A stretch of DNA of 64,000 nucleotides, taken from the NCBI GenBank assembly GCA_963693365.1, contig CAVNZM010000003.1, positions 11,877,651 to 11,941,650 on the forward strand, given 5' to 3'. This document shows, one piece after another, positions 23,201-53,094 of the stretch (positions are counted from its first letter, which is position 1; every line of letters starts with the position of its first letter). The DNA comes from Amoebidium appalachense. Lineage: Eukaryota; Protista; Ichthyosporea. The position numbers and the translations under genes were made by a program. Below the pieces are notes generated by a model. It made no database searches, was not told the origin of the DNA, and saw only the letters and a program-made list of their open reading frames with translations.

Positions 23201-25375
23201 CCGCTTTTGTCGGTTCTGAGTGCCGTATACAGTTTTGTGGAGCAGCTGGGGGGTCGGGAACAGCCCCTTCCCCCGCCCGTGGTGTGGGAGCTTCAGGCGA
23301 TGTGTGCTTTGGCCCCTTTGATGCGTTGTGATTTGCGTTCTGGGTTTGCTAGCACCATGTTCTGCACTGATGCTTCCTTGTTGGGTGGTGCAGTGGTGTC
23401 CCGGATGCTTCCAGCAACGCTTCTCCACGAAGTGCTGCCTCACTGCAACCGGCGTGGCCACTACAGCCAGCTGTCTGGTCCTGTGCACGAGCCAAGCCCG
23501 TCCGCCCCCCGGCACCTATCCTGGCAGCTGTTGGTGGCCGGTGGACCACCAACATCAGTCATCGTTGGCGCCACTCCGACCACATCAACAATCTGGAGGG
23601 AGAAGCCTTGCTCCTGGGGCTTCGTCGATTAGGTCGGTCGACGGCTGCCCGGGGCTCCCGCTACCTTTTGGACCTTGATTCGACGGCGCTGCTTGGGGCT
23701 GTTGCTAAGGGTCGTTCAGCATCCCGACGCCTTAACCGTGTATGCCGCCAGGTGGCTCCCTGCACGCTTGCCCTCGACATTCGTTTGTATTGTGTGTGGC
23801 TGCCGTCAGCCCACAATCCTACAGATGGTCCCTCGCGGTTTTCTGGCTGACCAGGCCATAAAGCCCCCAACCCTCAAGGCCTACCGGGATGCTGTTGTTG
23901 AGTTCCTGGATTGGTTGCCCCCTGGCACCGACACCAAGTCCCCCGCCGAACTGGACGACCTCCTGGTGGAGTATTTTGAGGAGTGTTATGCCATTGATCC
24001 ATCGCGTGGCCGGCGTCAGCGCTGTGTCAAACACAGCTGCCGGCATCAAGCATTTCATGCCACGCCTGGGTCCACACCTGCAGGCCGCCCAACGGAGCCT
24101 GCAGGGCTGGAACCGGCTTGTTCCAGCAAAGACCACGCCCCCGCTTCCGTTTTCATTGGTCCTCGTCATTGGCCATCATTTGTATTCCAAAATTGGCCCC
24201 TTGTTTGGTATTGCTGTTTTGCTCGGATTTGTGTGTTATTTTCGTGTCAGTGAGCTGCTTATGCTCATCCGTGCGGATCTTGTTTTGCCCGACGACCCCG
24301 TTCCCCAAGACATGCCACCCGGTACAGGCGGCATCCACCTGGCCGACACCAAGACCGGTCCAAATCAGTTTGTCCCCATCACCAATCCGTCCCTGTTGGC
24401 AATCCTGTCTTTCTGGTTCTGTGGTGCCCCCCCTTCTGCGCGGCTGTTTCCTTTCTCGTATGATGTTCTGCGTGCCAAGTTCCAAGCGGCATGTGACTCC
24501 CTCGTCCTCAACTAGTATGGGTTCCATCTTCACAGTCTTCGCCATGGTGGTGCCTCGAGAGACTATGTCAGGGGTGTTTCAGTAGAGACGATTGCTCTGC
24601 GTGGTCGGTGGAGATAGCATGCCTCCCTCCGCCGGTATGTGCAGGGCGGCCAGTCTCTTGTTCTTTCTATTCGCGTGCCTGCGTCGCTCCTTGCCCGGGC
24701 TGCAGCGCTGCGTCAGTCACCCACGGCATGGTTCGTTCCTTCCCGTGCCAGGTAGGGAGTGGTGGAGCACACCTGTGCCTGCTTGTGAGATTGATCCACA
24801 GGCACCGGCTCATGTATCCCCTTGCTGGGGCTGGTTAAGACGACGTTGGCATAAGAATATTTAGTTTGTAAACGTGTTTTCTATGCAGGAAAATTAGATA
24901 GCCCCGTTGGAGTGAAATTGTGTGTTGCGAGTGCGCTGTAAAATTCGTAGTAGTAGCATGTTGTAGGCCTTGGTGTGTTTGATGTGAGTGCAAAGTTTCA
25001 GGCTGCTAGCATTTTTATGTAGGGAAGTCATTTCTTCATATTTCCATAGGCACAAATGTGGGCCGCGCTATATAATGAGCTTGCGCGGCCCCATGCTCAT
25101 TATATAGCGCGGCCCCAGGGAGGTCAGTTGCGGCGCTACTGAGCGCGTTTAGGTCTCTTTAGGCCCAAATTTTTAGCTAAGTTTTTGGCCACCCACCACA
25201 CCCTTTGCCTATTTAGGCACTAGGCTACGTTTTTTGAGCATGTTTCTGTATGACATTTGTCATTCTTTTCATTGCTCCTGTGGAGCACACCTGTGCCTGC
25301 TTGTGAGATTGATCCACAGGCACCGGCTCATGTATCCCCTTGCTGGGGCTGGTAAAGACGACGTTGGCATAAGAA
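20299..25375 (+). mobile_element. YR retrotransposon family 1 copy 3, degenerate
   Basis: Shortened A1 (to ~20629); gag 20856-21784 (deletion ~21180, stop, frameshifts); pol 21862-23850 (frameshifts, deletion ~22815 removing the PMG motif); YR 23825-24755 (frameshift ~24030, TAG stops ~24514 and ~24615); B1-A2-spacer-B2 24761-25375. Confidence 0.93.
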
Positions 25376-25982
25376 CGTGGCATTCTGTCGACTCTGGTTT
25401 GCGTTGCCAAAAGGCAGGCCAGGGCCGAAACGTGTGGGGGGGCAGAGCGTCAGAGTGGCGGAACAAGGGTTGTGAAGCCAACATGGCCATCGCCAGAAGT
25501 CAGTTTAAGCCAGCAAGGGGCCAGGCGGACAGCTGTGTCGAGGAGCAGTGCTGCACGTGAGAGTCGCGCGCGACGCCATGGCAGCATAAACGGTGAAAAA
25601 CAATATACTTGACTAAAGAAAACAACCGTTTACGGGCCTCAGGAGGCCCTGCCAACTTGCTAGACTAAGGACACATTCTGCTCAGGAGCAGTGCCAGCGA
25701 CTGGGAAGCCAACGATTCTTTCTGCTAGCGGTTTATATACACGCAGGATATGGCTCACAACATCCGACTGGCTACGGGGGAATGTAAAGACCAAATATGG
25801 CTTCACTTAAACAGGACCAATCATTGCACTTACATTTACGTACAGAGAACTGATTGGCTAAGCCATACCTAGAGACTAACCAATCGGAAGGCAAAGTAGC
25901 TGGCAGTTCGAATTCCACATGTCACTTTGTCGTCGTGGCTGCGGCCGTTCCTCAAAGAAAACACGTTTAAAAACGAACCATT
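25376..25982 (-). mobile_element. 5' end of a family-2 YR element (A repeat plus start of a possible ORF1)
   Basis: 25590-25982 is the reverse complement of 6446-6845. It is followed on the minus strand by ATGGCG and GC-rich coding-like sequence up to the end of copy 3. Confidence 0.65.
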
Positions 25983-26094
25983 GCGGCGCTACTGGGCGCG
26001 TTTAGGTCTCTTTAGGCCCAATTGTTTAGCTAAGTTTTTGTCCACCCGCCACACCCTTTGCCTATTTAGGCACTAGGCTACGGTTTTGGAGCAT
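25981..26094 (+). repeat. Remnant of family-1 A2 3' end plus spacer
   Basis: Matches 25128-25241. Confidence 0.85.
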
Positions 26095-26661
26095 TGAGGT
26101 TGGGTGGGAGGGGGTGGATAGGGGGCTGGGGGGGTAGGGGGGGAGGCAGGGGAGGGGGACGGGGAGGGGGGCCTACAGACACGTTCGAAGGCAGTCACCA
26201 CAAGTCGATACCCTCTATTAATCTGAACAGCAGCAAGAACAATCAGCGTTGAGTTGCGGGCAATTGCACGACATCACGAGTACACCTGGATAGGTGTTTG
26301 TGCTTCGGTAACAGAGCTAGCCGTGCAAGGTTTGCCATGGTTGCCGTACTCCCACCACTGTTGCTTGTCGGTGCTGCATGTGTTTTGTGTGCTGAGGGTG
26401 TCCCAGAAACCAGAGGGAATGACAGGCAGGATATCACCATATAATAGGCCAGGGAAACAAGGCGCAGCATTCAGGTCACCCATGTTTGATGTTTGTTGCA
26501 CACCTGCATAACTTCAATTTCCTAGGAAGCCGTTCACTGCGCATAACACATGCATCACAAGAATTATGTGGGTATTGTATGCCTTGAAATTTGTGCGTGC
26601 ACATGTAAGTGTGTGAACATATGTGCCCGTGTGTACGCGTACCCTGGGCTTGTGTGCAGTG

Positions 26662-26760
<99 letters not shown>

Positions 26761-26877
26761 TGTGTGTGTGCGTGTGTGTTTGTGTGTGTGTATCTGGGTG
26801 GGTGCGGTCACGGTGGGTGGGTGGGTGGGTGGGTGCGGTGGGTGGGTGGGTGGCTGGGTGGCTGGGTGGGTGGTTGG

Positions 26878-27123
<246 letters not shown>

Positions 27124-27990
27124 GGGCGTGTGTGTGCGTGCTTTCGGTATTCGTTTGTGTCACACGGCATTGGAGGCATGGGAAAGCATCCGAGTGGCAG
27201 ATATCTGTGTTTAGCAGTGATATCACGGCCTATGACGAAGGTGTTCAAGCATTTAGTAGTGATATCACGGTGTTATTAGTGTTTAGGCTACTTAGTGGTG
27301 ATATCACGGTGTTACCACCAAGGTTTTGAGGCTACATGGTAGGGTGTTATCACATCATCAACACCAAAGCATTGTTCTCATACACTTTGGTGATAACACC
27401 ATGATAATAGGGCAATATCATGATTAGGGCCAAAACAGTCATGCCATAATGGTGATAGTGTGAAGCTACCACACTCTTGTTATAGCATTGTGATAATGTA
27501 ACAGTTAAGGCAACTTAGGGTCACACATACAAATCACTCTCCCCCCCCCCCCTCCCCCCCCCTCCCCCCACCTACCCACAACCCTCCCCTCCCCCCAACA
27601 CACATACACAATCATTGCAATGACGTGGCACCTACGCGGCCCACGGTGTGCCGTTTCATAAACACTCGCATGCATAGATCAGCTAGCCCACAAAAGCTAT
27701 ATATACCACGCACTGGCTGGCACTGGCACAAGCTGTATTACGACACAACACGAAGGCGGCACAGGTCACAAGTAGTACTCGCACCATCACCAGGTGGACA
27801 CGTGGTGCAATACTGGGCCATGTGACATGCCATGGCATGGAAGATTTGGCATTTTTTCCCCTTTTATCCTTGTTTTTTTTTTAAAGGCTTTTTATTACTA
27901 ATTCAGTACTGGTTGGTTATGTTACACATCAGGTCCATGCTTTACATTTGTAAACAATAATCAGTATGAAATACAGTCCAACTAGCCGCC

Positions 27991-30900
27991 TGTAAACAGT
28001 TGGACTAGTTAGGATAAGGCAGAGTACAACTGAATCAAAATAAAGACAGAGAACGGGTAGAAAGGCACACGCGGCCAGGTTGCTTTTACTATGGGCCGAC
28101 TCAGTCTGTCTCAGACTTCACTGATGTGATCCCCGTACTGGGACGGCTTTCTTATATAGCCCCCAGGTTTCGGATCAAGGCCCAGGATTGGTTCATCCGC
28201 GGCCAGCGCGGGTGGCAACATGCCATTCGTGATTCTGGTGCGGTCCGAGCCAGTCAGACCTTTGTCCTATTTATGCAAACCTCTTATTGGTTCACTTCGT
28301 TTATGTGGTATGCAGCTGAAGAACCATATATGGTTCAATTCTTAGGTCAGAGTGAGTCCTATTGGTGCGGACATAATATTTATGTGATATTCATGACAAA
28401 GCACGAATCGTGTGCTAGTAGATCACATTCTTTAGTAAACATGTACAGTTCATGTGTACAGTTGTTTACACTCCCCCCCTTGTCGGGAGCCTGGTGGTGT
28501 CGTTAGACAAGCAAACCACCAGGCTGAGAGGCGATAAACAACCTTCAGCGAGAATTCTTGTGTGTGCCGAGCTGCTGGACAGAACAGAGCAAGGACGGTG
28601 GAATAGAGTTGTGCACGTCTATGAGCACTTCTTCATGTGCCAAAACGTAAATTCATGCAGCATTCTTCTGTGATTTCATTTTCGTGGCGAAGATTGTTGC
28701 AGAGTGTGCGTGCGAATAATTCGCTAAGCCTTCGTCTCTGTGCTTGGCTTTTCTGTAGAAGTAGTATTTTCCTTTTTGGGAATTTTTCCTTTTTAGGATA
28801 CTCCCGCAGATTCGTTTTCAATTGCGAGTAATTTGGTTGTGTGGATGAATGATCATACCAAACATTCGATAATGAATATAACTCGAGCCTTAGGTCACTT
28901 CGTAGCTCAGGTAGTGGTGGATAGCTTCAAGGCTTAGCCGCTGCTCCTTATCCCGGTTCTACCTTAAGACTGTAAGGCGAGTCACCATGGCCGGAAAAGC
29001 CACTTCTTTCATGAACAAAGAGCACTTCTTTCCTTTCAGCTTTAACCCTGCATCATCGGAGCTGGGAAAAACAGAATAAAAATGCCCAAGTGTTCTTCGT
29101 TGGGCGACATAAAGAAATATATCACCCGTCAGAACCAGTAAAAGCCCGGTTCATAATTCATAAGAAGAGGGTAGGCAAAGCAAGCCTCCTTCAGAAAACA
29201 CATGCTTCCATTCGTGAGCAGTTTTCGTATCCCATTTGCCAGCCATTTTCGTTGAGCAGGGGGATTCCAGGCATAATACATTCTTCTGGAGGCTTGGCCT
29301 AAAAAGAAAAGTCGTCGGAGTCGCCCTTTCTTTTGTAAGCAACTTCGTGAGCGCGCTTCGTGTTTTCATATCCTCCAGTGCAGGTCTGGATGGTGCCCCA
29401 TCCTCTGCTTCATTTGTAGGTGGCCCTACTGTAGGTTCTGTTCGTTGTGTGGAATACCAAAACCATTCGTATTCGTGGAACTGCTTTGTGCTGTGCTTTC
29501 TTTCGTGTTGGTGTTCATGAAGTTACCCCGTTCACACACCCTACTTCTTACATACATTAGATGTAAGTAGCTGCCTGGTGAGTGTGTGGTTCGTGTTCGT
29601 GGCATTCTTCTGTTCCTTCGTGAGAAGAATATTCGTTTTAGCAGAGGTGCCCAATAAGGCAGCTTGTGGGGTTGTCTCCCGCATGTGCCCATTGGTGGGG
29701 TATGCACGTGCTAAATTGTTACAGTGTCATCATATTGCAAGGGAATAACATGGTCACCTCCGTACCAGGGCCTAGTAGGTACACATGATGGTCCGATGTG
29801 TTAGTCAACAACACCTTGCATTCGTATTCGTATTTGTCTTCCACGTCACTTTCTTCAGTAGTGAAGGAGGGTATTCGTAATTCGAAACTGAAAGGCTTCC
29901 AGCCAAAATACTGACACTGTATGATGGGGTTGTGAGGGAGCGGTGCCCATACCACATTCTTTTGTTCTGGTGGGGGTGTGCCGGCAGCTAGTGCAAGGCT
30001 TGACAGTGTAATTGGTATGTTACACCGTATTGCCACAGACGGGCATTCACCTTAAAATTCGTACCCAACACCTTCTTTGTTTTTCACATGCATGAACAAA
30101 AGTTCTGCATCGACTTTATTACATGCCTTTTGTGCACCAAGAGTGCAAATTCGTTAGGGCGTGGCACCAGGAAGGGCCGCCATACATGAGTCAGGCATAT
30201 GTTCGTAATGTGTTTAGGCATGCCAGCATACATTCATGCGCATGTTGTGCATCCTGGGCGCTAAACTATGGGGCATGCTGTATTCGAGAACAGCAAGGGA
30301 TTCGAAGCATGCATGCAACACTACTTTCATAAGATCTTAGGTCCTACATGCTATAGCAACAGCGACTATCTTCTTCGTTAAGTGCATTTGTGCTGAAAGT
30401 GGCCGTGCATCTGGCTTGCGAGTGTGGACGTGCATGCGGTGGCATGGACACGATGGCAGTGTGCAATAGGGCAATGCACGCAAGGGCAACGGTTTTATTT
30501 TCTTCCTAACATAGAGGGGGCTGTGTGCATTGCAACCCAAGCAGTGTTGTGCATTCGTCCTTTCATTTTCGTATTTCCAGTTCATTTTGCTTTCGTTTTT
30601 CGTTTTTTGTCGTTTGATAACTTCGTTACTTCGTTTTGTTTTCGTGTTGCATTCATTTCGTATTTCCTCTATGCAATCGTTTGTCGTTAATTCTTTATTT
30701 CATTGCGTATTCGTGATGGTTCGTTTTTCGTTGGTTCATTGCTTCGTTAGCAATTCTTTATTCGTTTGTTCGTGTATTCGTTGTTTCGTTGTGTATTCGT
30801 TTTTCTTCACATTTTTGATGTGTCGTAGCAAAAGAAGTTTTACATGCTTTCAATTCTTTCCGTGTAGGTGGGCTGGCCACTTCAAACTTGTAGGTGTATA

Positions 30901-31542
30901 TATTCTAAGCCGGACAAGGAAAGATGTGCCTATCATCGGGGTAAAAAGGATTGTGATCGGCCATGGGAGATTCTTGAGCTGATTGAAAGATGTGAGATTC
31001 TTGAACTGATTGAAAGATGTGAGATTCGAAGGATGCGAGATTCTTGAACTGCGCGGTCGCCAATGTAAACAGTTGGACTAGTTAGGATAAGGCAGAGTAC
31101 AACTGAATCAAATAAAGACAGAGAACGGGTAGAAAGGCACACGCGGCCAGGTTGCTTTTACTATGGGCCGACTCAGTCTGTCTCAGACTTCACTGATGTG
31201 ATCCCCGTACTGGGACGGCTTTCTTATATAGCCCCCAGGTTTCGGATCAAGGCCCAGGATTGGTTCATCCGCGGCCAGCGCGGGTGGCAACATGCCATTC
31301 GTGATTCTGGTGCGGTCCGAGCCAGTCAGACCTTTGTCCTATTTATGCAAACCTCTTATTGGTTCACTTCGTTTATGTGGTATGCAGCTGAAGAACCATA
31401 TATGGTTCAATTCTTAGGTCAGAGTGAGTCCTATTGGTGCGGACATAATATTTATGTGATATTCATGACAAAGCACGAATCGTGTGCTAGTAGATCACAT
31501 TCTTTAGTAAACATGTACAGTTCATGTGTACAGTTGTTTACA
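27991..31542 (-). mobile_element. Non-autonomous LTR retrotransposon (3552 bp) with intact cis signals
   Basis: LTRs 27991-28470 and 31064-31542 (TG...CA; one visible 1-bp indel between them). TSD CCGCC at 27986-27990 and 31543-31547. PBS TGGCGACCGCG just inside the 5' LTR (31062-31052). [13 protein letters not shown] at 28480-28471. No gag/pol ORF or motif in the 2.6-kb interior. Confidence 0.95.
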
Positions 31543-31722
31543 CCGCCAGAAGAAGTCATGTACGTTATATTGGATTTTAAAACACAAGGAAGTTCCCGCC
31601 AGGTGCCTAAAAACTCAAGCTAATCAATTTTAGTCCGGACATCAATACAGAACACCCCTTCTTCAAGAAGGGCTTTATCCTACAATACACGACCTCTGAC
31701 GTGATACCTGATCGTGGTAGCA

Positions 31723-34190
<2,468 letters not shown>

Positions 34191-34513
34191 GTTGCTAATA
34201 CGAATCTGTCTGATTCGTGCCATAATATTATTCCATGTTATTTCTTTTTTGTCCCACGACATAGCTGCATTAGAAAAACAACTTTCACCATGTTGTGTGG
34301 GTCACAGGAATATTCGAACATATACATTCCTAATTCACAAAATGTATAAACGGTAAGTAAGGGAACGCTTTATGGCATGGTCCATCATTCATTACAAGGG
34401 CACACATTCACATTTGCTGCCAGTGCAGGCCACAGGGCTCTACCGAGCATCCAGTCATTCATGCATAGCCCACCCCATGCCCTATGCCGCCCAAGCCACC
34501 ATAGTTCGTATCC

Positions 34514-48545
<14,032 letters not shown>

Positions 48546-49036
48546 TGCACGGGGCTGGCGTCAGTGGCCCACCACACCCAACACAGCCTAACCCTAGGCC
48601 AGACATCCACAGGGGCCACACAGCCTAGAGGCCCCTCGTGCCCTCTTCCTGTCGGAATGCTTGCCCTATCACAACAACTTACAAAGCCCTGATGCCACGC
48701 AACTGCTATCATGTAATCCCTCCTCCCCCTCCCCCCCCCTCCTCAAACCTTCTCCTTCTCCCCCCCCAACCCCCCTTCCCCTCCCCTCTCCCCCCTTTCC
48801 CCCCCCCCCCCCCCTCCCCCCCCCCAAAAAAAAACAAAAAACCCACTACCTTTCCTTTGGGTAAATTAAGCATGTGAGATACTGGTGTAGCCGTATGCAC
48901 AAGCCGATTGTGAAGTGTTGAGTGTGGTATAACAGTGGAGCACCAACTCAAAAGCATTGAAAATATTGTGTACAGGGTCTTGTACATGTTTTTAAGAGAC
49001 TATGAGCAGGTGTGTGTTTTCATTTGCCTGTGTTTT

Positions 49037-49121
<85 letters not shown>

Positions 49122-49217
49122 TTGTGGTTATGTGTGTGCTTGTGTTAAAGCTTGTGTGTGTGTGTGTGTGCGCGTGTGTGTGTGTGTGTGTGTGTTGTGT
49201 GTGTGTGTGTGCATGTG

Positions 49218-49281
<64 letters not shown>

Positions 49282-49301
49282 TGTGTGTGCATGTGCATGT
49301 G

Positions 49302-49351
<50 letters not shown>

Positions 49352-49368
49352 CGTGTGATGTGTGTGTG

Positions 49369-49478
<110 letters not shown>

Positions 49479-49926
49479 TGTTGGTGTGGTGAGTGTGTTT
49501 GAGCTTATTAAGGTGTGTTTGTAATTATTTGACTTTGCTCGAGCCATTACATGCAACAGTGGGTGGGTGGTACCCAGTGTGTGTCAAGTGTTGGTGTGGC
49601 ACGGTGCGTGTGCAGTGTGCACAGCATGGCATGTGTATACTTTTGGGTTCATGTACATGTGAAACTGTGGCCGTTAGCCATTGTGGGGGCTTGTGACTGC
49701 CTGAGCTAATCATGTACTATGCTCGCATCTATGTGTGTGTATACTCTTGTCTGTACATGTGTGCTTACAAATCGTGTGTGAGTGTGTGTCTGTTTGTGTT
49801 GGTAGGTAAGCCTGGCGGTAAGTCTCAAATCAGCTTCTCTGTTACATGGTCCGTTTTATATTCTTTCTATTGAAGTTGTCTTTTTGATATTAATAGGTGG
49901 AAAAGTCGGGCGGGAGGAAAAGCGGT

Positions 49927-49960
<34 letters not shown>

Positions 49961-51165
49961 TGAAGGGGGGGGAGCTTGCCAGTTGCATGCTCTAAAGAAT
50001 ATCTGAAACACGAGTATGCATCACAGTTAGCACCTATGCAAGCGTGATGCTGTGAAATTAGCCCTGGAGGAGATCGCAAAGATGTATGCTCATACAGTCA
50101 TTCGCCAAGACTGTGTGTCTAACCCAAATCCGTGTACTATGAAACACACTTGCTTAGATGAGTTCAAACCGTGCAACGGGTGCCAGCGCAGCGCAGCAAG
50201 TGTGTGTACGGCAAAGCCCTAGTGGGGTTTGAGACGGTACCTGAGAAGATTTCGCCTCCTATTCTTATGTCCCGTCTGCCCGGTCTCGGCTGTACACTGG
50301 CGTCATCGGCACCAGTCTTGGAGTATAAGCACAGATTACAGTGGTGGTCTGATGTAGTCTGGGTGCAGGGAAAGTGCAAAAACCTCTTGTCCCTGTGCTG
50401 AAGCCGACCTTATAGACCTAAATTTCGATTTATTGCCTGACAAAAGCCAGCAGGCATGATGCCTGAAACCTAAAATCGACTGCTTGCTTCTTGATTGAGG
50501 CCACTCTGAGCTCCTACAATTTGTTCCGAAATTGGTCAGCTGAAGTTCCACATCGCTGACATCCCAAGATGCAGGAAACAGGTCTCTGTATGCAGCACGC
50601 GTGGGTCTGAGCGCAGTCAGCACCCACACATATGACTCCTGCCTTGGTCGTGTGCTCTGCCAGCGCACAGGTACAAAAAACAATAGTGAACAGTGCCTAT
50701 AGTGAACTCGCACACGCCCCTCGAACAGCTAATACGCCCACAGTCACAGCCTTGAGGAGTGAGAGAGACTCTCTGGAGTCCGGAACTCCGGACGTACCGT
50801 GAAGATAAGATGATCGCATAGGCCATGGCGCTCTATTGGCTGCAAATAAAACGTGAGCCGCATGCCCATATATGGCACTAAAGGTGTCAACAAGCACGAA
50901 CTATCTCGGTGATTGGCTGAGAATGCACCCAGTGGAATGTCCGATCGTGGCGCCAAAATCAAATGCAGATCTGGGGAGATCGGGGGGACGGCAACGGGCG
51001 TGCTCATCACTGAGTCATCAGATTCAAATAGCAGCTGACGTAACGGTATCATTCGGAAACAACCTTATCTACACAAAACATGTAGATGGTTTCTTTACAC
51101 CCGCATCTACAGGTAGATGTTGCGGTCAACGGCTTACATAACGTGAGGCGTAGTACGTAGTCAAC

Positions 51166-53049
51166 ATGATTGAACAAGATGCCCATGGTGCTTCCGAAAT
51201 GCAATACGTGGTGCTCTATACCAAGCACAAAACGAGAAAAAACAAGGTTTGGCAGGATGGCTTCCTCCGTATGGGCCGCAATTCGTGCACGCTTATGGAC
51301 GAGGAAAAAAGGTGGGTTGGGCGAACCCGGTACCCTGCACATGAAGGTATGACAGCTATACAGGGTAATAAACTCTGTATATTGCCTTGCAGATCGCTGG
51401 AAACCATGCACGGTAGGAACGCTCTTGTTCAGCCCGGCGCAGAACTAGAGCTGGAGCAGCATTTAGTCACAGGTAAGGGACTCCTATACACATTTCTGAC
51501 GAAGCAGGAAAGTTCCTATGGTACTTGCTTTCAAGAAGCTAACCCTCACTCCTCACAGTTGAGGGTTTGGCTGGCTGCGCAATGGTGCTTGCACCAACTG
51601 AAGAACCGAAACAAGGTATACAACAGAAAACTAGTTACAGTGAAAGCGTACCACATGGCGTTGACAGCAGTATATGGTTTGCAGCAAGAAACCCCGGGGC
51701 TCCCCGTACCTTGAAACGACCGAGACTGTGCAGTCAGCCGAGGCAGGCAGCTGCAGGCACGTTCAGGCCAGTTGTTGCCCAGCCCAAGACAAAGCCACGA
51801 GCTGACAGTGCTGCTGTCCCGGCCGACATGCCTTGCTCCGTGGGCAGGTCAGGCAACCAGATACTCCAGCTGTTTGTCCAGCAAGACGAGACACCTGTTC
51901 CAAACAGGAGCTGTCCACCGTCACAGGCCCAGACACCAGGCAACGGGCAGCCCTCACGACCACAGCTCCCTTCTTTCAGGGTGTGTTTTCTGCTTCTTCT
52001 CCTGTTTTTTTTTTTTAGAGACGCCTGGATCTTTCTAAGGCGTAGTTCCCTTACCTGCGCATAACGAGTTCATATCCTTCTTGTGATACAGCCCGAAAGA
52101 AAAGACTTGGCCATTGTGACTTTGAAGGAAAACCTGACTGGGCCTTTCACAGGCTGTAACTCCAAGGTTGCCGGACGCACACAGGCCAGTCAACCTCCCA
52201 GGGCCCCGCCGAGTAGCGGTGCAACACGTAAATGGGTGTCGGCTGAGGTTTCCAGCAGCCACCGAGACAGGGGACCTGACCCAGGTGCGGGCAACAGTGG
52301 TGCCCCAGCAGTTTCAAAGGTACGTGTCGGTAAAGCCTGTATGGTGGCATAACAACTTCCCCCTTCCCCTCCCCTCCCCCCCACCCCCTCCACCCCCACC
52401 CCCCTCCCGCATCCCTACCCCCCGGTTCCCCGCCATAAATCCGCCCCCTGTTAGCCACACCCCCCCCACCTCCCCCCCTACTTCTGTATATCCTGCGCCA
52501 AGCCCCCCTCTACCACTTTATTCCCCTTCTCTATCTGCCCTTTCCTGGATTCCGTCATGCTTCCCATGCCTAACCACCCTTTTCTTCCACCGTATGGTAA
52601 GTGTTTTTAGCAAGCAGTTGAGTATATGCTTCCCCCTCCCCCCCCCCCCCCCTCTTTCCCGTGCCCTAACCGAACGCAACTTCCACCACCATTCATACCG
52701 TCAGTCCCGTAGCAAGGAGGTTTTTAGAGGATAATCATAAGATCGGAGGGTATGATCATGTATCTTCTGTCCCCACAGCATTCACTGCTTGAATAGAACC
52801 GGCGTGGTCATCCCCCCTCCCTCCCCCCCCCCCTCTTTCCCCTCTTCCCCCGAACCACCACACCCGCACATCCCACCCCACGATTTCACAAGCACACATG
52901 ACATAATGCCCATGAAAGCACAATGAATGTTATCTCAGACCGTGGGGATTGATGGGGCCAACGGAAGGGAAGATACTGGGAGGAGAGCTGATAACATTTA
53001 TTTCAAAATGGATGTGTGTATGTGGAGGGTGGGTGGGTGGGTCGGGTAG

Positions 53050-53094
<45 letters not shown>

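Noticed and set aside
27975-28006. 9-bp inverted match between flank (AGTCCAACT) and LTR end (AGTTGGACT) as a targeting signal
   Set aside because: Not seen at the solo-LTR insertion site; a single short match is compatible with chance.
28126-28506. ORF 'MIPVLGRLSY...' seen at 28126 and 31198, partly at 9555-10148
   Set aside because: It recurs only because it lies antisense within the repeated LTR; no protein motif.
29426-29430. TAG-G readthrough joining two interior ORFs
   Set aside because: The downstream ORF (29369-29151) is in a different frame.
27991-31542. Hammerhead ribozyme (retrozyme-like) in the LTR element or in the B repeat
   Set aside because: No CUGANGA...GAAA core with supporting stems found by eye; an Infernal scan would be needed to exclude it fully.
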